Below are positions 21,992 to 34,800 of a stretch of DNA of 64,000 bases, piece after piece (position 1 is the first letter of the stretch; every line of letters starts with the position of its first letter). This DNA comes from Malacoraja senta. Lineage: Eukaryota. The position numbers were made by a program, and so were the translations under genes. The stretch covers positions 1 to 64,000 of the forward strand of contig JAXLNO010000118.1 in NCBI GenBank assembly GCA_038087875.1, given 5' to 3'. Under the pieces are notes generated by a model, which saw only the letters and a program-made list of their open reading frames with translations, ran no database searches and had not been told where the DNA came from.

Positions 21992-22010
21992 ATCCCAAGA
22001 CGAGCCCCCA
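21992..22010 (-). promoter_or_regulatory. Primer-binding site, tRNA-Pro type
   Basis: Minus strand TGGGGGCTCGTCTTGGGAT vs the MLV PBS-Pro TGGGGGCTCGTCCGGGAT, 4 nt after the LTR end. Confidence 0.9.
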
Positions 22011-22014
22011 GGCT

Positions 22015-22489
22015 TGTGAGGTGCAAAAAGTGAGTGCTCACAATCACGATTCTAGAGAAATGAGAGAAACAAGTTTATTTATTAGCAAGTCTGCAGAGTC
22101 GGGTGCCTCCCCTGTCGAGACACACCGAGGTCGGGAAAGCCACTCTCTTTTATTCATATCATTTTACATTTGTTACACCTTTATTCCTCCCCTTCGGGCT
22201 CCTTTCAAATCAGAGCACTGAGGTGCACAATCTACCGGTCCCGCCCCCGGTGCCTCCCACATCATACATCGCATGTGCATTTAAATGAGACATCTTGTCA
22301 TGATGGGCGTGTTTGCAATATTCATTTGTCTCATTACCCATGCGCACTAGAGAGTTGTTCATGCCCTTTACCCCAGTTCTTCCTGGACTGTCGCTATCTC
22401 CTTTTTCTCATCCTTGAAGCTCATCTACTCTCTACAATACAAAGGGTTCTTAGTCTAAATCAACTATACCTATTAACCCCTTCCTCACA
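22015..22489 (-). repeat. ERV 5' LTR (475 bp)
   Basis: Terminal inverted repeats TGTGAGG...CCTCACA; minus-strand TATA-like AATAAAAG (~22150) and poly(A) signal AATAAA (~22078); followed by the PBS. Confidence 0.88.
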
Positions 22490-25061
22490 ACATCTTCTGT
22501 AGAGAAAGGTACGTTTTTGGAAGGAACATAGTGCAACAAATGTGTGATTCCAGGATGACACAGCCCATTGTGAAGATCAGTGAGTGCAGAAGAATGAACA
22601 GAGGCACAAAATGCTCGAGTTAATGTATCGGGAGCAACATTATCCTTACCAGGGCGGTACTCAATTGAATAACTATATGCAGATAATTCAATCCTCCATT
22701 CATGAATGTTACTGTTTTTAATCTTCGTTCGTTTCCGATTATCCAGCATAAAAGCTACTGAACGCTGATCTGTTATCAAAGTGAAGTGCTGGCGAGCAAG
22801 GAAATGACTCCATTTCCTCACTGCTTCAATAATTGGTGTAGCTACCTTTTCGGACGGGAGGGTAGTGCAATTCAATACCTTGGAGAGTACGTGACATGAA
22901 AGCCACTGGTCGTCCTCCTTGATTTAATGTTGCTGATACTGCTAAATCAGAGGCATCACATTCAACAACAAAGGGGAGATCCTCATCGATGGCGTGTAAT
23001 GTCCCAGATTCTAATTGTTTCTTTAAAGAAGTAAAGGCACCAATTGCTGTAGAGTCAAGGGGGAAAGATTTTGTTCTAATCAAAGGTTGAATTTTGTCAG
23101 CAACATTTGGTATCCATTGAGCATAATATGCAAACATCCAAAGAACCCTTCGTAGAGAGTGTAATGTGACTGGAACAGGGATCTCTTGGAGTGGGCAGAG
23201 TCTTTCTGGATCAGGCTGGATTATATCATTTCCATCCCAATAACCAAGAATATTAATTGTTGACACTGATGTTATTAACTTTGCCTCATTTAATGTTAGA
23301 TGTTTAGAATGTACAACATCTAAAAACCGTTGTACATTTTCATCATGTTCAGCTTGGTCTTTTCCAGCAATAGTTAAATTATCAAGATAAGGGAAAGTAT
23401 CTTTAAGGTTTTCTTGTTCAACAAGTTTGTCCATCTCTCTCTGAAAAACAGCCACGCCATTAGTTACACCAAAAGGAACTCTGCAGTGGTGATATAATTT
23501 CCCATTTGCTTCAAACGCAGTGTATTTCTTCTCTGATTCCTTCAAAGGAATTTGGTAGTCAGCACTTTTTAAGTCAAAAGTAGAGAATATCTTATAATTA
23601 GCTAATGTATTGATAATCTCTTCTATACGAGGTAGTGGATATGCATCAAGATCCATGAACTGGTTTATAGAGTAATCAATGCAGAGTCTCTTTCTATGTC
23701 TCTCCAAGGGGTCCTTAACCACGACAACTTGTGCCCTCCAAGGGGAAGAGCTGGGTTCTATGATACCTTCTTGTAAAAGATTAGTTACTTCTGTGTTGAT
23801 AAAGTTCCTATCATCTTTACTAAAATGTCTTGATTTTGTAGCAATTGGCTTGCACTTGGAGGATAAATTAGTGAATAATGAAGGACATTCAACAGATGCA
23901 GCAGAAAAAACACACAATACTGGTGGCTTTGACAATACAAGATCAGGCATAGTTCCTTCAGACATTATTCGAAATTTTTCAAAATACCAAGACATACAGA
24001 TTTATAGCTAGTTTTGTTCAGAATAAAGTCTACAATACAAGATCCAATAATTTGAGTATTGAGAGTTGTCAGAGCCATCGAGATTTCTCTATTTGAAGGA
24101 ATTATGGTTAGATTTAGTCGAGACACAACTTGTTCACTTATAAAACGTTCTGAACTGCCAGAATCAAGTAGTACATTAAGTGTATGGCCATTGATGGATA
24201 CCGTTGTAGCTGCATGAGACAAGCTCTGAGGAAATGCAGCTATAATTACACATAAAGAAGGCATATACATGGCAGCAGTCACACTTTTAGTAGTTGCTTT
24301 GGACTTGCATACTCTAGAAAAATGTCCCTTCTTGCCACAACTATTACAAGTTGCCTCTTGAGCAGGGCATCTCTCTCTCTTATGAATATTACCCCCGCAA
24401 AAGTAACACATCCTTTTTGAATAATTATATGCTGCAGCAAGGTCTCCTTTATCAGTAGAAATTGTTTCAGCTTGCTCCATATTAGTACTTGGGTGAAATT
24501 CTTTTGTAGTAGTTGCAGCAGAATACACATTAGATGAGTCATATGCATCACAATGTTTCTGAGCCAAGTCTAATAAGCTTGATTGTAAGCTGACTGTAAA
24601 GCCAAGGTTTTGTTTTCTAATAGTTTCTGTCGTATTAAAGGCGATGCCAAACCATTGATAAAAGAGTCTCGAATAGGTTCCTGTCGATATTGATCAGCCG
24701 TAACTACTTTGAATGGACAGTCTTTACTAAGTCTTTGAAGTACTTGTGAAAATTCATCAATTGACTCACCAGGTTTTTGTTTCCGAGTACCAAGGAGGTG
24801 TCGAGCGAATATCACATTGGGTGTCTTAACGAAGAGTCTGCTTAGTACATCAATAGCAGAAACATAAGTTGTACATTCCACTATGTAATCATATACATCA
24901 GAAGAGACGAAGCTTATTAATGTCTTGAGTCTGTCTGGTGCATCATTGCCACACTCATCAAAGAAGTTATTTAATATACGAAGCCAGTGCTTCCATTCCT
25001 TTGCAGTAGCAGGTGAGTTGGGATCCAGATCCAAGCGTTGTGGTTTCAATAGTTTCTCCAT
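22490..25061 (-). pseudogene. gag-pol polyprotein of the gypsy element (one stop at ~24570, frameshifts at ~23980 and ~22850)
   Basis: ORF pieces 24570-25061, 23965-24567, 22826-23995 and 22450-22875 are colinear. Confidence 0.9.
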
Positions 25062-25203
25062 CCCAAGTCGGACTGCTAAGATAAGTTGCTTATATTGTTG
25101 CGAGGCAAATGAAACTTTTCACTACTCAAAATTTACTTAACTTTATTTAAGCTTTAAGCAACTTATTTCTTTAATACATAAACTCAGAAACGTTTGGCAA
25201 ACA
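22490..25203 (-). mobile_element. Ty3/gypsy LTR retrotransposon (Mag-like): short 5' LTR, gag, protease, RT, RNase H and the start of integrase; cut by the ERV LTR
   Basis: gag MEKLLKPQRLDLDPNS..KEWKHW; knuckles CYFCGGNIHKRERC and CNSCGKKGHFSRVC; protease LLDSGS; RT SSPWRAQVVVV, LDAYPLP, PFGVTNG, YLDN; RNase H VECDASD, TDQRSV, YRPGKDN; integrase LH..LCHPG. Confidence 0.92.
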
Positions 25204-25214
25204 TGGCTGATTCC

Positions 25215-25320
25215 GCAGGCCTTTCCCGCCCGAAATACCTCGCACATGCGCACACTCCGGAAAAGTCTTGCACATGCGCACACTCTAGAAGAGCCCCGCA
25301 CCTGCGCACATGCGCCCACT
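25215..25320. promoter_or_regulatory. Cluster of three NRF1-like GCACATGCGC motifs with GC-box and ETS-like sites at the satellite edge
   Basis: GCACATGCGC at ~25242, ~25270 and ~25306; CCCGCCC; CCGGAA. Confidence 0.4.
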
Positions 25321-28300
25321 TCAGTTTGAAACAGCAAAAGGTTTGCTTTGAAAATGCAAAAGGTGTGCTTTGAAAACGCAAATGGTGGTTTGGTTTGAAA
25401 ATGCAAATGGTGGTCTGGTTTGGAAATGCAAAAGGTTTGGTTTGAAAATGCAAAAGGTTTGCTTTTAAAATGCAAAAGGTGGTTTCCTTTGAAAATGCAA
25501 AAATTGATTTGCTTTGAAAATGCAAAAGGTGGTTCGGTTTTGAAATGCAAAATATTTGGTTTGAAAATGCAAAAGGTTTGGTTTGAAAATGCAAAAGGTT
25601 TGGTTTGAAAATGCAAAAGGTTTGCTTTGAAAATGCAAAAGGTGGTATTCTTTGAAAATGCAATTGTTAGTTTGCTTTGAAAATGCAAGAATGGTTTGCT
25701 TTGAAAATGCAAAAGTGGTTTTGCTTTGAAAATGCAAAATGTGGTTTGCTTTGAAAATACAAAAGGTGGTTGGCCTTGAGAATGCAAAAGGTTTGATTTG
25801 AAAATGCAAAGGGTTTGCTTTGAAAATGCAAAAGGTGGTTTGGTTTGAAAATGCAAAAGGTGGTTTGCTTTATGGAAAATGTGGCTGGCTTTGAAAATGC
25901 AAAAGGTGGTTTTCTTTCAAAATGTAAAAATGTAGTTTTGTTTGAAAATGCAAATGGTGGTTTGGTTTAGAAAAGCAAAAGGTAGTTTGGATTGGAAATG
26001 CAAAAGGATGGCTTTGAAATTACAAAAGGTTTTCTTTGAAAATGCAAAGGGTGCTTTGCTTAGAAAATGCAAAATGTGGTTTACTTTGAAAATGCAAAAG
26101 CTGGTTTTCTTTGAAAATGCTAAAGATTTGATTTGAAAATGCAAAAGGTTTTGTTTGAAAATGCAAAAGGTTTGCTTTGAAAATGCAAAATGTGGTTTGC
26201 TTTAAAAATGCAAAAGGTGGTTTTCTTTGAAAATGCAAAAGGTGGTTTGCTTTGAAAATGCACAAGGGTTTACTTTGAAAATGCAAAAGGTTTGCTTTGA
26301 AAATGCAAATAGTGGTTTGCTTTGAAGGGCAAATGGTGCTTTGCTTTGAAAATGCAAAACATGGTTTGCTTTGAAAATGCAAAAGGTGGTTTGCTTTGAA
26401 AATGCAAATGGTGGTTTGCTTTGAAAATGCAAAAGATGGTTTGCTTTGAAATTGCAAAAAGTGGTTTGCTTTGAAAATGCAAATGGTGGTTTGCTTTGAA
26501 AATGCAAAAGGTGGTTTGCTATAAAATGCCAAAAGGCGGGTTGCTTTGAAAATGCAAAATGTGGATTTCTTTGAAAATGCAAAAGGTCGTTTGTTTTGAT
26601 AATGCAAAAAGTTGTTTGCTTTGAAAATGCAAAATTGGTTTGCTGGTTTGCATTGAAAATGCAAAAGGTGGTTTGCTTTGAAAATGCAAAAGGTGGTGTG
26701 CTTTGAAAATGCAAAAGGTGGTTTGCTTTAAAAATGCAAAAGGAGGTTTGCTTTGAAAATGCAAAAGGTGGTTTGCTTTGAAAATGCAAAAGGTGATTTG
26801 CTATGAAAATGCAAAAAGGTTTGCTAAAAATGCAGTAGATTGTTTGCTTTGAAAATGGAAAAGGTGGTTTGCTTTGAAAATGCAAAAGGTGGTTTGCTTT
26901 GAAAATGCAAAAAATGTGGTTTGCTTTGAAAATGCAAAAGGTGGTTTGCTTTGAAAATACAAAAGGTGGTTTGCTTTGAAAATGCAAAAGGTGGCTTGCT
27001 TTTAATATGCAAATGGTGGTTTGCTTTGAAAATGCAAAAGGTGGTTTACCTTGAAAATGCAAAAGGTGGTTTGCTTTGAAAATGCAAATGGTGGTTTGCT
27101 TTGAAAATGTAAAAGGTGGTTTGCTTTGAAAATGCAAAAGGTGGTTTGCTGGTTTGCATAGAAAATGCAAAAGCTGCTTTTTAATGGAAATGCAAAAGGT
27201 GGTTTGCTTTGAAAATGAAAAGATGGTATGCTTTGAAAATGCAAAAGGTGGTTTGCTTTGAAAATGCAAAAGGTTTGCTTTGAAAATGCAAAGGGTTAGG
27301 TTGAAAATGCAAAAGGTTAGCTTTGAAAATGCAAATAGTGGTTTGCTTTGAAGGGGAAATTGTGGTTTGCTTTGAAAAAGCAAAAGGTGGTTTGCTTTGA
27401 AAAGGCAAAAGGTGGTATGCTTTGAAAAGGCAAAAGGTGGTTTGCTTTGAAATTGCAAAAAGTGGTTTGCTTTGAAAATGCAAATGGTGGTTTGCTTTGA
27501 AAATGCAAAAGGTGGTTTGCTATAAAATGCCAAAAGGCGGTTTGCTTTGAAAATGCAAAATGTGCTTTGCTATGAAAATGTAAAATGTCGTTTGTTTAGA
27601 AAATGGAAAAGGTGGTTTGCTTTGAAAATGCAAAATTTGGTTTGATGGTTTGCATTGAAAATGCAAAAGGTGGTTTGCTTTGAAAATGAAAAAAAGGTGG
27701 TTTGCTTTTAAAATCAAAAGGTTTGTTTTGAAAATACAAAGGGTTTACTTTGGAAATGCAAAAGGTTTACTTTGAAAATGCAAAAGGTTTGCTTTGAAAA
27801 TGAAAATAGTGGTTTGCTTTGAAGGGCAAATGGTGGTTTGCTTTGAAAAAGCAAAAGGTGATTTGCTTTGAAAATGCAAAAGGTGGTTTGCTTTGAAAAT
27901 GCAAAAGGTGGTTTGCTATGAAAATGCAAAATGATTTGCTTTAAAAATGCAGTAGATGGTTTGCTTTGAAAATGGAAAAGGTGGTTTGCTTTGAAAATGC
28001 AAAAGGTTGTTTGCATTGAAAATGCAAAAGGTGGTTTGCTTTGAAAATCAAAAGGTTTGCTTTGAAAATGCAAAGGGTTTACTTTGAAAATGCAAAAGTT
28101 TGCTTTGAAAATGCAAATAGTGGTTTGCTTTGAAGGGCAAATGGTGGTTTGTTTGAAAAAAGCAAAAGGTGGTTTGCTTTGAAAATGCAAAAGGTGGTTT
28201 CCTTTGAAAATGCAAAAGGTGGTTTGCTTTAAAAATGCAAAAGGTGGTTTGCTGGTTTGTATTGAAAATGCAAAAGGTTCATTGCTTTGAAAATGCAAAA

Positions 28301-29175
28301 TGTGGAGTGCGTTGAAAATGAAAAAGGTGGTTTGCTTTAAAAATGCAGTAGATGGTTTGCTTTGAAAATGGAAAAGGTAGTTTGCTTTGAAACTGCAAAA
28401 GGTGGTTTGCTTTGAAAATGCAAAAGTTGGTTTGCTGGTTTGCATTGAAAATGCAAAAGGTGGTTTGTTTTGAAAATGCTATAGATGGTTAGTTTGAAAA
28501 TGCAAAAGGTGGTTTGCTATGAAAATGCAAAAAGGTTTGCTTTAAAAATGCAGTAGGTTTGCTTTGAAAATGGAAAAAAGTGGTTTGCTTTCAAAATGGA
28601 AAAGGAGGTTTGCTTTGAAAATACAAAATGTGGTTTGCTTTGAAAATGCTATAGGTGGTTTGCTTTGAACATGCAAAAAGTGGTTTTCTTTGAAATTGCA
28701 AAAGGTGGTTTGCTTTGAAAAGGTAGTTTGCTTTGAAAATGCAAAAGGTGGATTGCTTTTAATATGCAAATGGTGCTTTGCTTTGAAAATGCAAAAGGTG
28801 GTTTGCTTTGAAAATGCAAAAGGTGGTTTGCTGGTTTGCATTAAAAATGTAAAAGCTGCTTTTTAATGGAAATGCAAAAGGTGGTTTGCTTTGAAAATGA
28901 AAAGATGGTATGCTTTGAAAATGCAAAAGGTGGTTTGCTTTGAAAAAGCAAAATATTGTTTGCTGTGAAAATGCTAAATGTGTTTTTTTTTGAAAATGCA
29001 AAATGTGGTTTGCTTTCAAAATGCAAAAGGTGGTTTGCTTTGAAAATGCATAAGGTGGTTTGCTTTGAAAAGGCAAAAGGTTTGCTTTGAAAATGCAAAG
29101 GGTTTACGTTGAAAATGCAAAAGGTTAGCTTTGAAAATGCAAATAGTGGTTTGGTTTGAAGGGCAAATTGTGGTT

Positions 29176-29261
29176 ACATAGATACATAGAAAATAGGTGC
29201 AGGAGTAGGCCATTCGGCCCTTCGAGCCTGCACCGCCATTCAATACGATCATGGCTGATCA
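29176..29261 (-). mobile_element. 86-bp CR1 3'-tail insertion in the satellite with a 5-bp TSD (TGGTT)
   Basis: Minus strand ...ATTGAATGGCGGTGCAGGCTCGAAGGGCCGAATGGCCTACTCCTGCACCTATTTTCTATGTATCTATGT; TGGTT at 29171-75 and 29262-66. Confidence 0.92.
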
Positions 29262-31817
29262 TGGTTTGTTTTGAAAAAGCAAAAGGTGGTTTGCTTTAAA
29301 AAGGCAAAAGGTGGGTTGCTTTGAAAAGGCAAAAGGTGGTTTGCTTTGAAACAGAAAAGGTGGTTTGCTTTTAAAATGCAAAAGGTGGTTTTCATTGAAA
29401 ATGCAAAAGTTGGTTTGCTTTGAAATTGCAAAAAGTGGTTTGCTTTGAAAATACAAATGGTGGTTTGCTTTTAAAATGTAAAATGTCGTTTGTTTAGAAA
29501 ATGGAAAAGGTGGTTTGCTTTGAAAATGCAAAAGGTGGTTTGCTTTGAAAAAGCAAAAGGTGGTTTGCTTTGAAAATGCAAAAAGGTTTGCTTTAAAAAT
29601 GCAGTAGATGGTTTGATTTGAAAATGGAAAAGGTGGTTTGCTTTGAAAATGCAAAAGGTGGTTTGTTTTGAAATTGCAAAAAAAGTGGTTTACTTTGAAA
29701 ACGCAAAATGTGGTTTGCTTTGAAAATGCAAAAGGTGGTTTGCTTTAAAAATGCAAAAGGTGGCTTCCTTTTAATATACAAATGGTGGTTTGCTTTGAAA
29801 ATGCAAAACGTGGTTTGCTTTTAAAATGATAACGGTGGTTTTCTTTGAAAATGCAAATGGTGGTTTGCTTTGAAAATGTAAAAGGTGGTTTTCTTTGAAA
29901 ATGCAAAAGGTGGTTTGGTATAAAAATGCCAAAAAGTGGTTTGCTTTGGAAATGCAAACGGTGGTTTGCTTTGAAAATGCAAAAGGTCGTTTGCTTTGAA
30001 AATGCTAAAGGTCATTTGCTTTGAAAATGCAAAAGGTGATTTGCTGGTTTGCATTGAAAATGCAAAAGCTGCTTTTCAATGAAAATGCAAAGGGTGGTTT
30101 GCTTTGAAAATGAAAAATGTGGTTTGCTTTGAAAATGCAAAAGGTGGCTTGCTTTTAAAATGCAAAAGGTGGTTTGCTGGTTAACATTGAAAATGCAAAA
30201 GGTGGTTTGCTTTGAAAATGCAAAATGTGGTGTGCGTTGAAATAGCAAAAAGTGGTTTCCTTTAAAAATGCGGTAGATAGTTTGCTTTGAAAATGGAAAA
30301 GGTGGTTTGCTTTGAAAATGCAAAAGGTGGTTTGCTTTGAAAATCCCAAAAGGTTTGCTTTAAAAATGTAGTAGATGGTTTGCTTTGAAAATGGAATAAG
30401 TGGTTTGCTTTGAAAATGCAAAAGGTGGTTTGTTTTGAAATTGCAAAAAAAAGTCGTTTGATTTGAAAATGCAAAAGGTGGTTTGCTTTGAAAATGCAAA
30501 AGGTGGCTTGCTTTTAATATGCAAATGGTGGTTTGCTTTAAAAATGCAAAAGGTGGTTTGGATTTGAAAATGGAAAAGGTGGTTTGTTTTGAAAATGCTA
30601 TAGATGATTAGCTTTGAAAATGCAAAAGGTGGTTTGCTATGAAAATGCAAAAAGGTTTGCTTTAAAAATGCAGTAGGTTTGCTTTGAAAATGGAAAAGGT
30701 GGTTTGCTTTGAAAATGCAAAAGGTGGTTTGCTATAAAATGCCAAAAGGCGGTTTGCTTTGAAAATGCAAAATGTGCTTTGCTTTGAAAATGCAAAATGT
30801 CGTTTGTTTAGAAAAAACAAAAGGTGGTTTGCTTTGAAAATACAAAATGTGGTTTGCTTTGAAAATGCTATAGGTGGTTTGCTTTGAAAATGGAAAAGGT
30901 GGTTTGCTTTGTAAATGGAAACGGTGGTTTTCTTTGAAATTGCAAAAGGTGGTTTGCTTTGAAAAGGTAGTTTGCTTTGAAAATGCAAAAGGTGGATTGC
31001 TTTGAAAATGCCAAAAGGTTTGCTTTGAAAATGCAAAACGTGGTTTGCTTTGAAAATGGAAAACGTGATTTGCTTTGAAAATGCAAAAGGTGGTTTGCTT
31101 TGAAAAAGCAAAAGGTGGTTTGCTTTGAAAAAGCAAAAGGTGGTTTGCTTTGAAAATGCAAAAAGGTTTGCTTTAAAAATGCAGAAGATGGTTTGCTTTG
31201 AAAATTGAAAAGGTGGTTTGGTATAAAAATGCCAAAAAGTGGTTTGCTTTGGAAATGCAAAAGGTGGTTTGCTTTGAAAATGCAAAAGGTCGTTTGCTTT
31301 GAAAATTCAAAAGGTCATTTGCTTTGAAAATGCAAAAGGTGGTTTGCTGGTTTGCATTGAAAATGCAAACGCTGCTTTTCAATGAAAATGCAAAAGGTGG
31401 TTTGCTTTGAAAATGAAAAAGGTGGTTTGCTTTGAAAATCCAAAAGGTGGTTTGCTTTGAAAATGCAAAAGGTGGTTTGCTGGTTTGCATTGAAAATGCA
31501 AAAGCTGGTTTGCTTTGAAAATGCAAAATGTGGTGTGCTTTGAAAATGCAAAGGTGGTCTACTTTGAAAATCCAAAAAGGTTTGCTTTATAATGTAGTAG
31601 ATAGTTTGCTTTGAAAAAGGAAAAAGTGGTTTGCTTTGAAAATACAGAAGGTGGTTTGCTTTGAAATTGCAAAAAAAACTGGTTTGCTTTGAAAGTGCAA
31701 AAGGTGGTTTGCTTTGAAAATACAAAAGGTGGTTTGCTTTGAAAATGCCATAGGTGGCTTTCTTTTAATATGGAAATGGTGGTTTGCTTTTAAAATGCAA
31801 AAGGTTGTTTTCTTTGA

Positions 31818-34800
31818 AAATGTAAAAAAGGTTGTTTGCTTTTAAAATCAAAAGGTTTGCTTTGAAATGCAAAGGGTTTACTTTGAAAATGCAAAAGGTT
31901 TGCTTTGAAAATGCAAAAAGTGGTTTGCTTTGAAGGGAAAATAGTGGTTTGCTTTGAAAAAGCAAAAGGTGGTTGCTTAGAAGATGCAAAAGGTGGTTTG
32001 CTTTGAAAATGCAAAAGGTGGTTTGCTTTTAAAATGCAAAAGGTGGTTTGCTATAAAAACGCCAAAAGGAGGTTTGCTTTGAAAATGCAAAAGTTGGTCT
32101 GCTTTGAAAATGCAAAAGGTGGTTTACTTTGAAAATGCTAAAGGTGGTTTGCTTTGAAAATGCAAATGGTGGTTTGCTTTGAAAATGAAAAAGTGGTTTG
32201 CTTTCAAAATGCAAAGGGTTTACTTTGAAAATGCAAAAGGCTGTTTGCTTTGAAAGGCATATGGTGGTTTGCTTTGAAAAAGCAAAAGGTGGTTTGATTT
32301 GAAAATGAAAAAAAGGTGGTTTGCTTTTAAAATCAAAAGGTTTGCTTTGAAAATGCAAAGGGTTCACTTTGAAAATGCAAAAGGTTTGTTTTGAAAATGC
32401 GAATAGTGGTTTGCTTTGAAAAAGCAAAAGGTGGTTGCTTTGAAGATGCAAAAGGTGGTTTGCTTTGAAAATGCAAAAGGGAGTTTGCTTTGAAAATGTA
32501 AAAGGTGGTGTGCTTTGAAAATGCAAAAGGTGGTTTGCTTTGAAAATGATATAGGTGGTTTGCTTTGAAAATGCAAAAAGGTTTGCTTTAAAAAAGCAGT
32601 AGATGATTTACTTTGAAAATGGAAAAGGTGGTTTGAAAATGCAAAAGGTGGTTTCCTTTGAAAATGCAAAAAGGTTTGCTTTAAAAATGCAGTAGATGGT
32701 TTGCTTTAAAAATGCAGTAGATGGTTTGCTTTGAAAATGCAAAAGGTGGTTTGCTTTGAAAATGCAAAAGGTCGTTTGCTTTGAAAATACAAAAGGTCGT
32801 TTGCTTTTAAAATGCAAAAGGTCGTTTGCTTTGAAAATGCAATAGGTGGTTTTCTGGTTTGCATTGAAAATGCAGAAGCTGCTTTTTAATGGAAATGCAA
32901 CAGGTGGTTTGCTTTGAAAATGGAAAAGGTGGTTTTCTTTGAAAATGCAAAAGGTGGTTTCCTTTGAAAATGCAAAAGGTGGTTTGCTTTGAAAATTCAA
33001 AAAGGTTTACTTTAAAAAAGCAGTAGATTGTTTGCTTTGAAAATGGAAAAGGTGGTTTGAAAATGCAAAAGGTGGTTTCCTTTGAAAATGCAAAAGGTGG
33101 TTTGCTTTGAAAATACAAAAGGTCGTTTGCTCTGAAAATGCAAAAGGTCGTTTGCTTTTAATATGCAAAAGGTCGTTTGCTTTGAAAATGCAAAAGATTG
33201 TTTGCTATGAAATTGCAAAAAAGTGGTTTGCTTTGAAAATGCAAAAGTGGTTTGCTTTGAAAATACAAAACGTGGTTTGATTTGAAAATGCAAAAAGTGG
33301 CTTTGTTTTAATATGCAAATGGTGGTTTGCTTTGAAAATGAAAAAGTGGTTTGCTTTTAAAATGCAAAAGGTGGTTTGGTTTGAAAATGCAAATGTTGGT
33401 TTTCAATGAAAATGTAAAAGGTGGTTTGCTTTGAAAATGCAAAAGGTGGTTTGGTATAAAAATGCCAACATGTGGTTTGCTTTGAAAATGTAAAAGGTGG
33501 TTTGCTTTGAAAATGCAAACGGTCGTTTGCTTTGAAAATGCAAAAGGTGGTTTGCTGGTTTGCATTGAAAATGCAAAAGCTGCGTTTTAATGGAAATGCA
33601 AAATGTGGTTTGCTTTGAAAATGCAAAAGATGGTATGCTTTGAAAATGCAAAAAGGTTTGCTTTAAAAAAGCAGTAGATGGTTTGCTTTGAAAATGGAAA
33701 AGGTGGATTGAAAATGCAAAATGTGGTTTCCTTTGAAAATGCAAAAGGTCGTTTGCTTTGAAAATGCAATAGATGGTTTGCTTTGAAAATGGAAAAGGTG
33801 GTTTTCTTTGAAAATGCAAAAGGTGGTTTGATTTGAAATTGCAAATGTGTGGTTTGCTTTGAACATGCAAAAAAGCGGTTTGCTTTGAAAATGCAAAAGG
33901 TGGTTTGCTTTGAAAATGCAAAAGGTGGTTTGCTTTGAAAATGCAAAAGGTGGTTTGCTTCGAAAATGCAAAATGAGGTTTGCTTTAAATATGCAGTAGA
34001 TGGTTTGCTTTGAAAATAGAAAAGGTGGTTTGCTTTGAAAATGCAAAAGATGGTTTGCTTTGAAATTGCAAAAAAGTGGTTTGCTTTGAAAATGCAAAAG
34101 GTGGTTTGCTTTGAAAATACATAACGTTGTTTGCTTTGAAAATGCAAAAGGTCGTTTGCTCTGAAAATGCAAAAGGTCGTTTGCTTTTAATATGCAGAAG
34201 GTCGTTTTCTTTGAAAATGCAAAAGATTGTTTGCTTTGAAATTGCAAAAAAGTGGTTTGCTTTGAAAATGCAAAAGGTGGTTTGCTTTGAAAATACAAAA
34301 CGTGTTTTAATTTTAAGATGCAAAAAGTGGCTTTGTTTTAATATGCAAATGGTGGTTTGCTTTGAAAATGCAAAAGGTGGTTTACTTATAAAATGCAAAA
34401 GGTGGTTTGCTTTGAAAATGCAAAAGGTGGTTTGGTATGAAAATGCCAAAAAGTGGTTTGCTTTGAAAATGCAAAAGGTAGTTTGCTTTGAAAATGCAAA
34501 CGGTCGTTTGCTTTAAAAATGCAAAAGGTGGTTTGCTGATTTGCATTGTAAGTGCAAAATCTGCTTTTTAATGGAAATGCTTTGAAAATGCAAAAATGTT
34601 TGCTTTAAAAAAGCAGTAGATGGTTTGCTTTGAAAATGGAAAAGGTGGATTGAAATTGCAAAAGGTGGTTTCCTTTGAAAATGCAAAAAGGTTTGCTTTA
34701 AAAATGCAGTAGATGGTTTGCTTTGAAAATGGAAAAGGTGGTTTGCTTTGAAAATGCAAAAGGTGGTTTAATTTGAAATTGCAAATGTGTGGTTTGCTTT

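Larger units (their letters stand above)
17561..22489 (-). mobile_element. Defective endogenous retrovirus (class I, gamma/epsilon-like, fish type): 5' LTR, PBS-Pro, gag remnant, integrase remnants, env remnant; no 3' LTR
   Basis: See component features; no PR/RT/RNase H region is recognisable in the short gap between gag and integrase. Confidence 0.85.
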
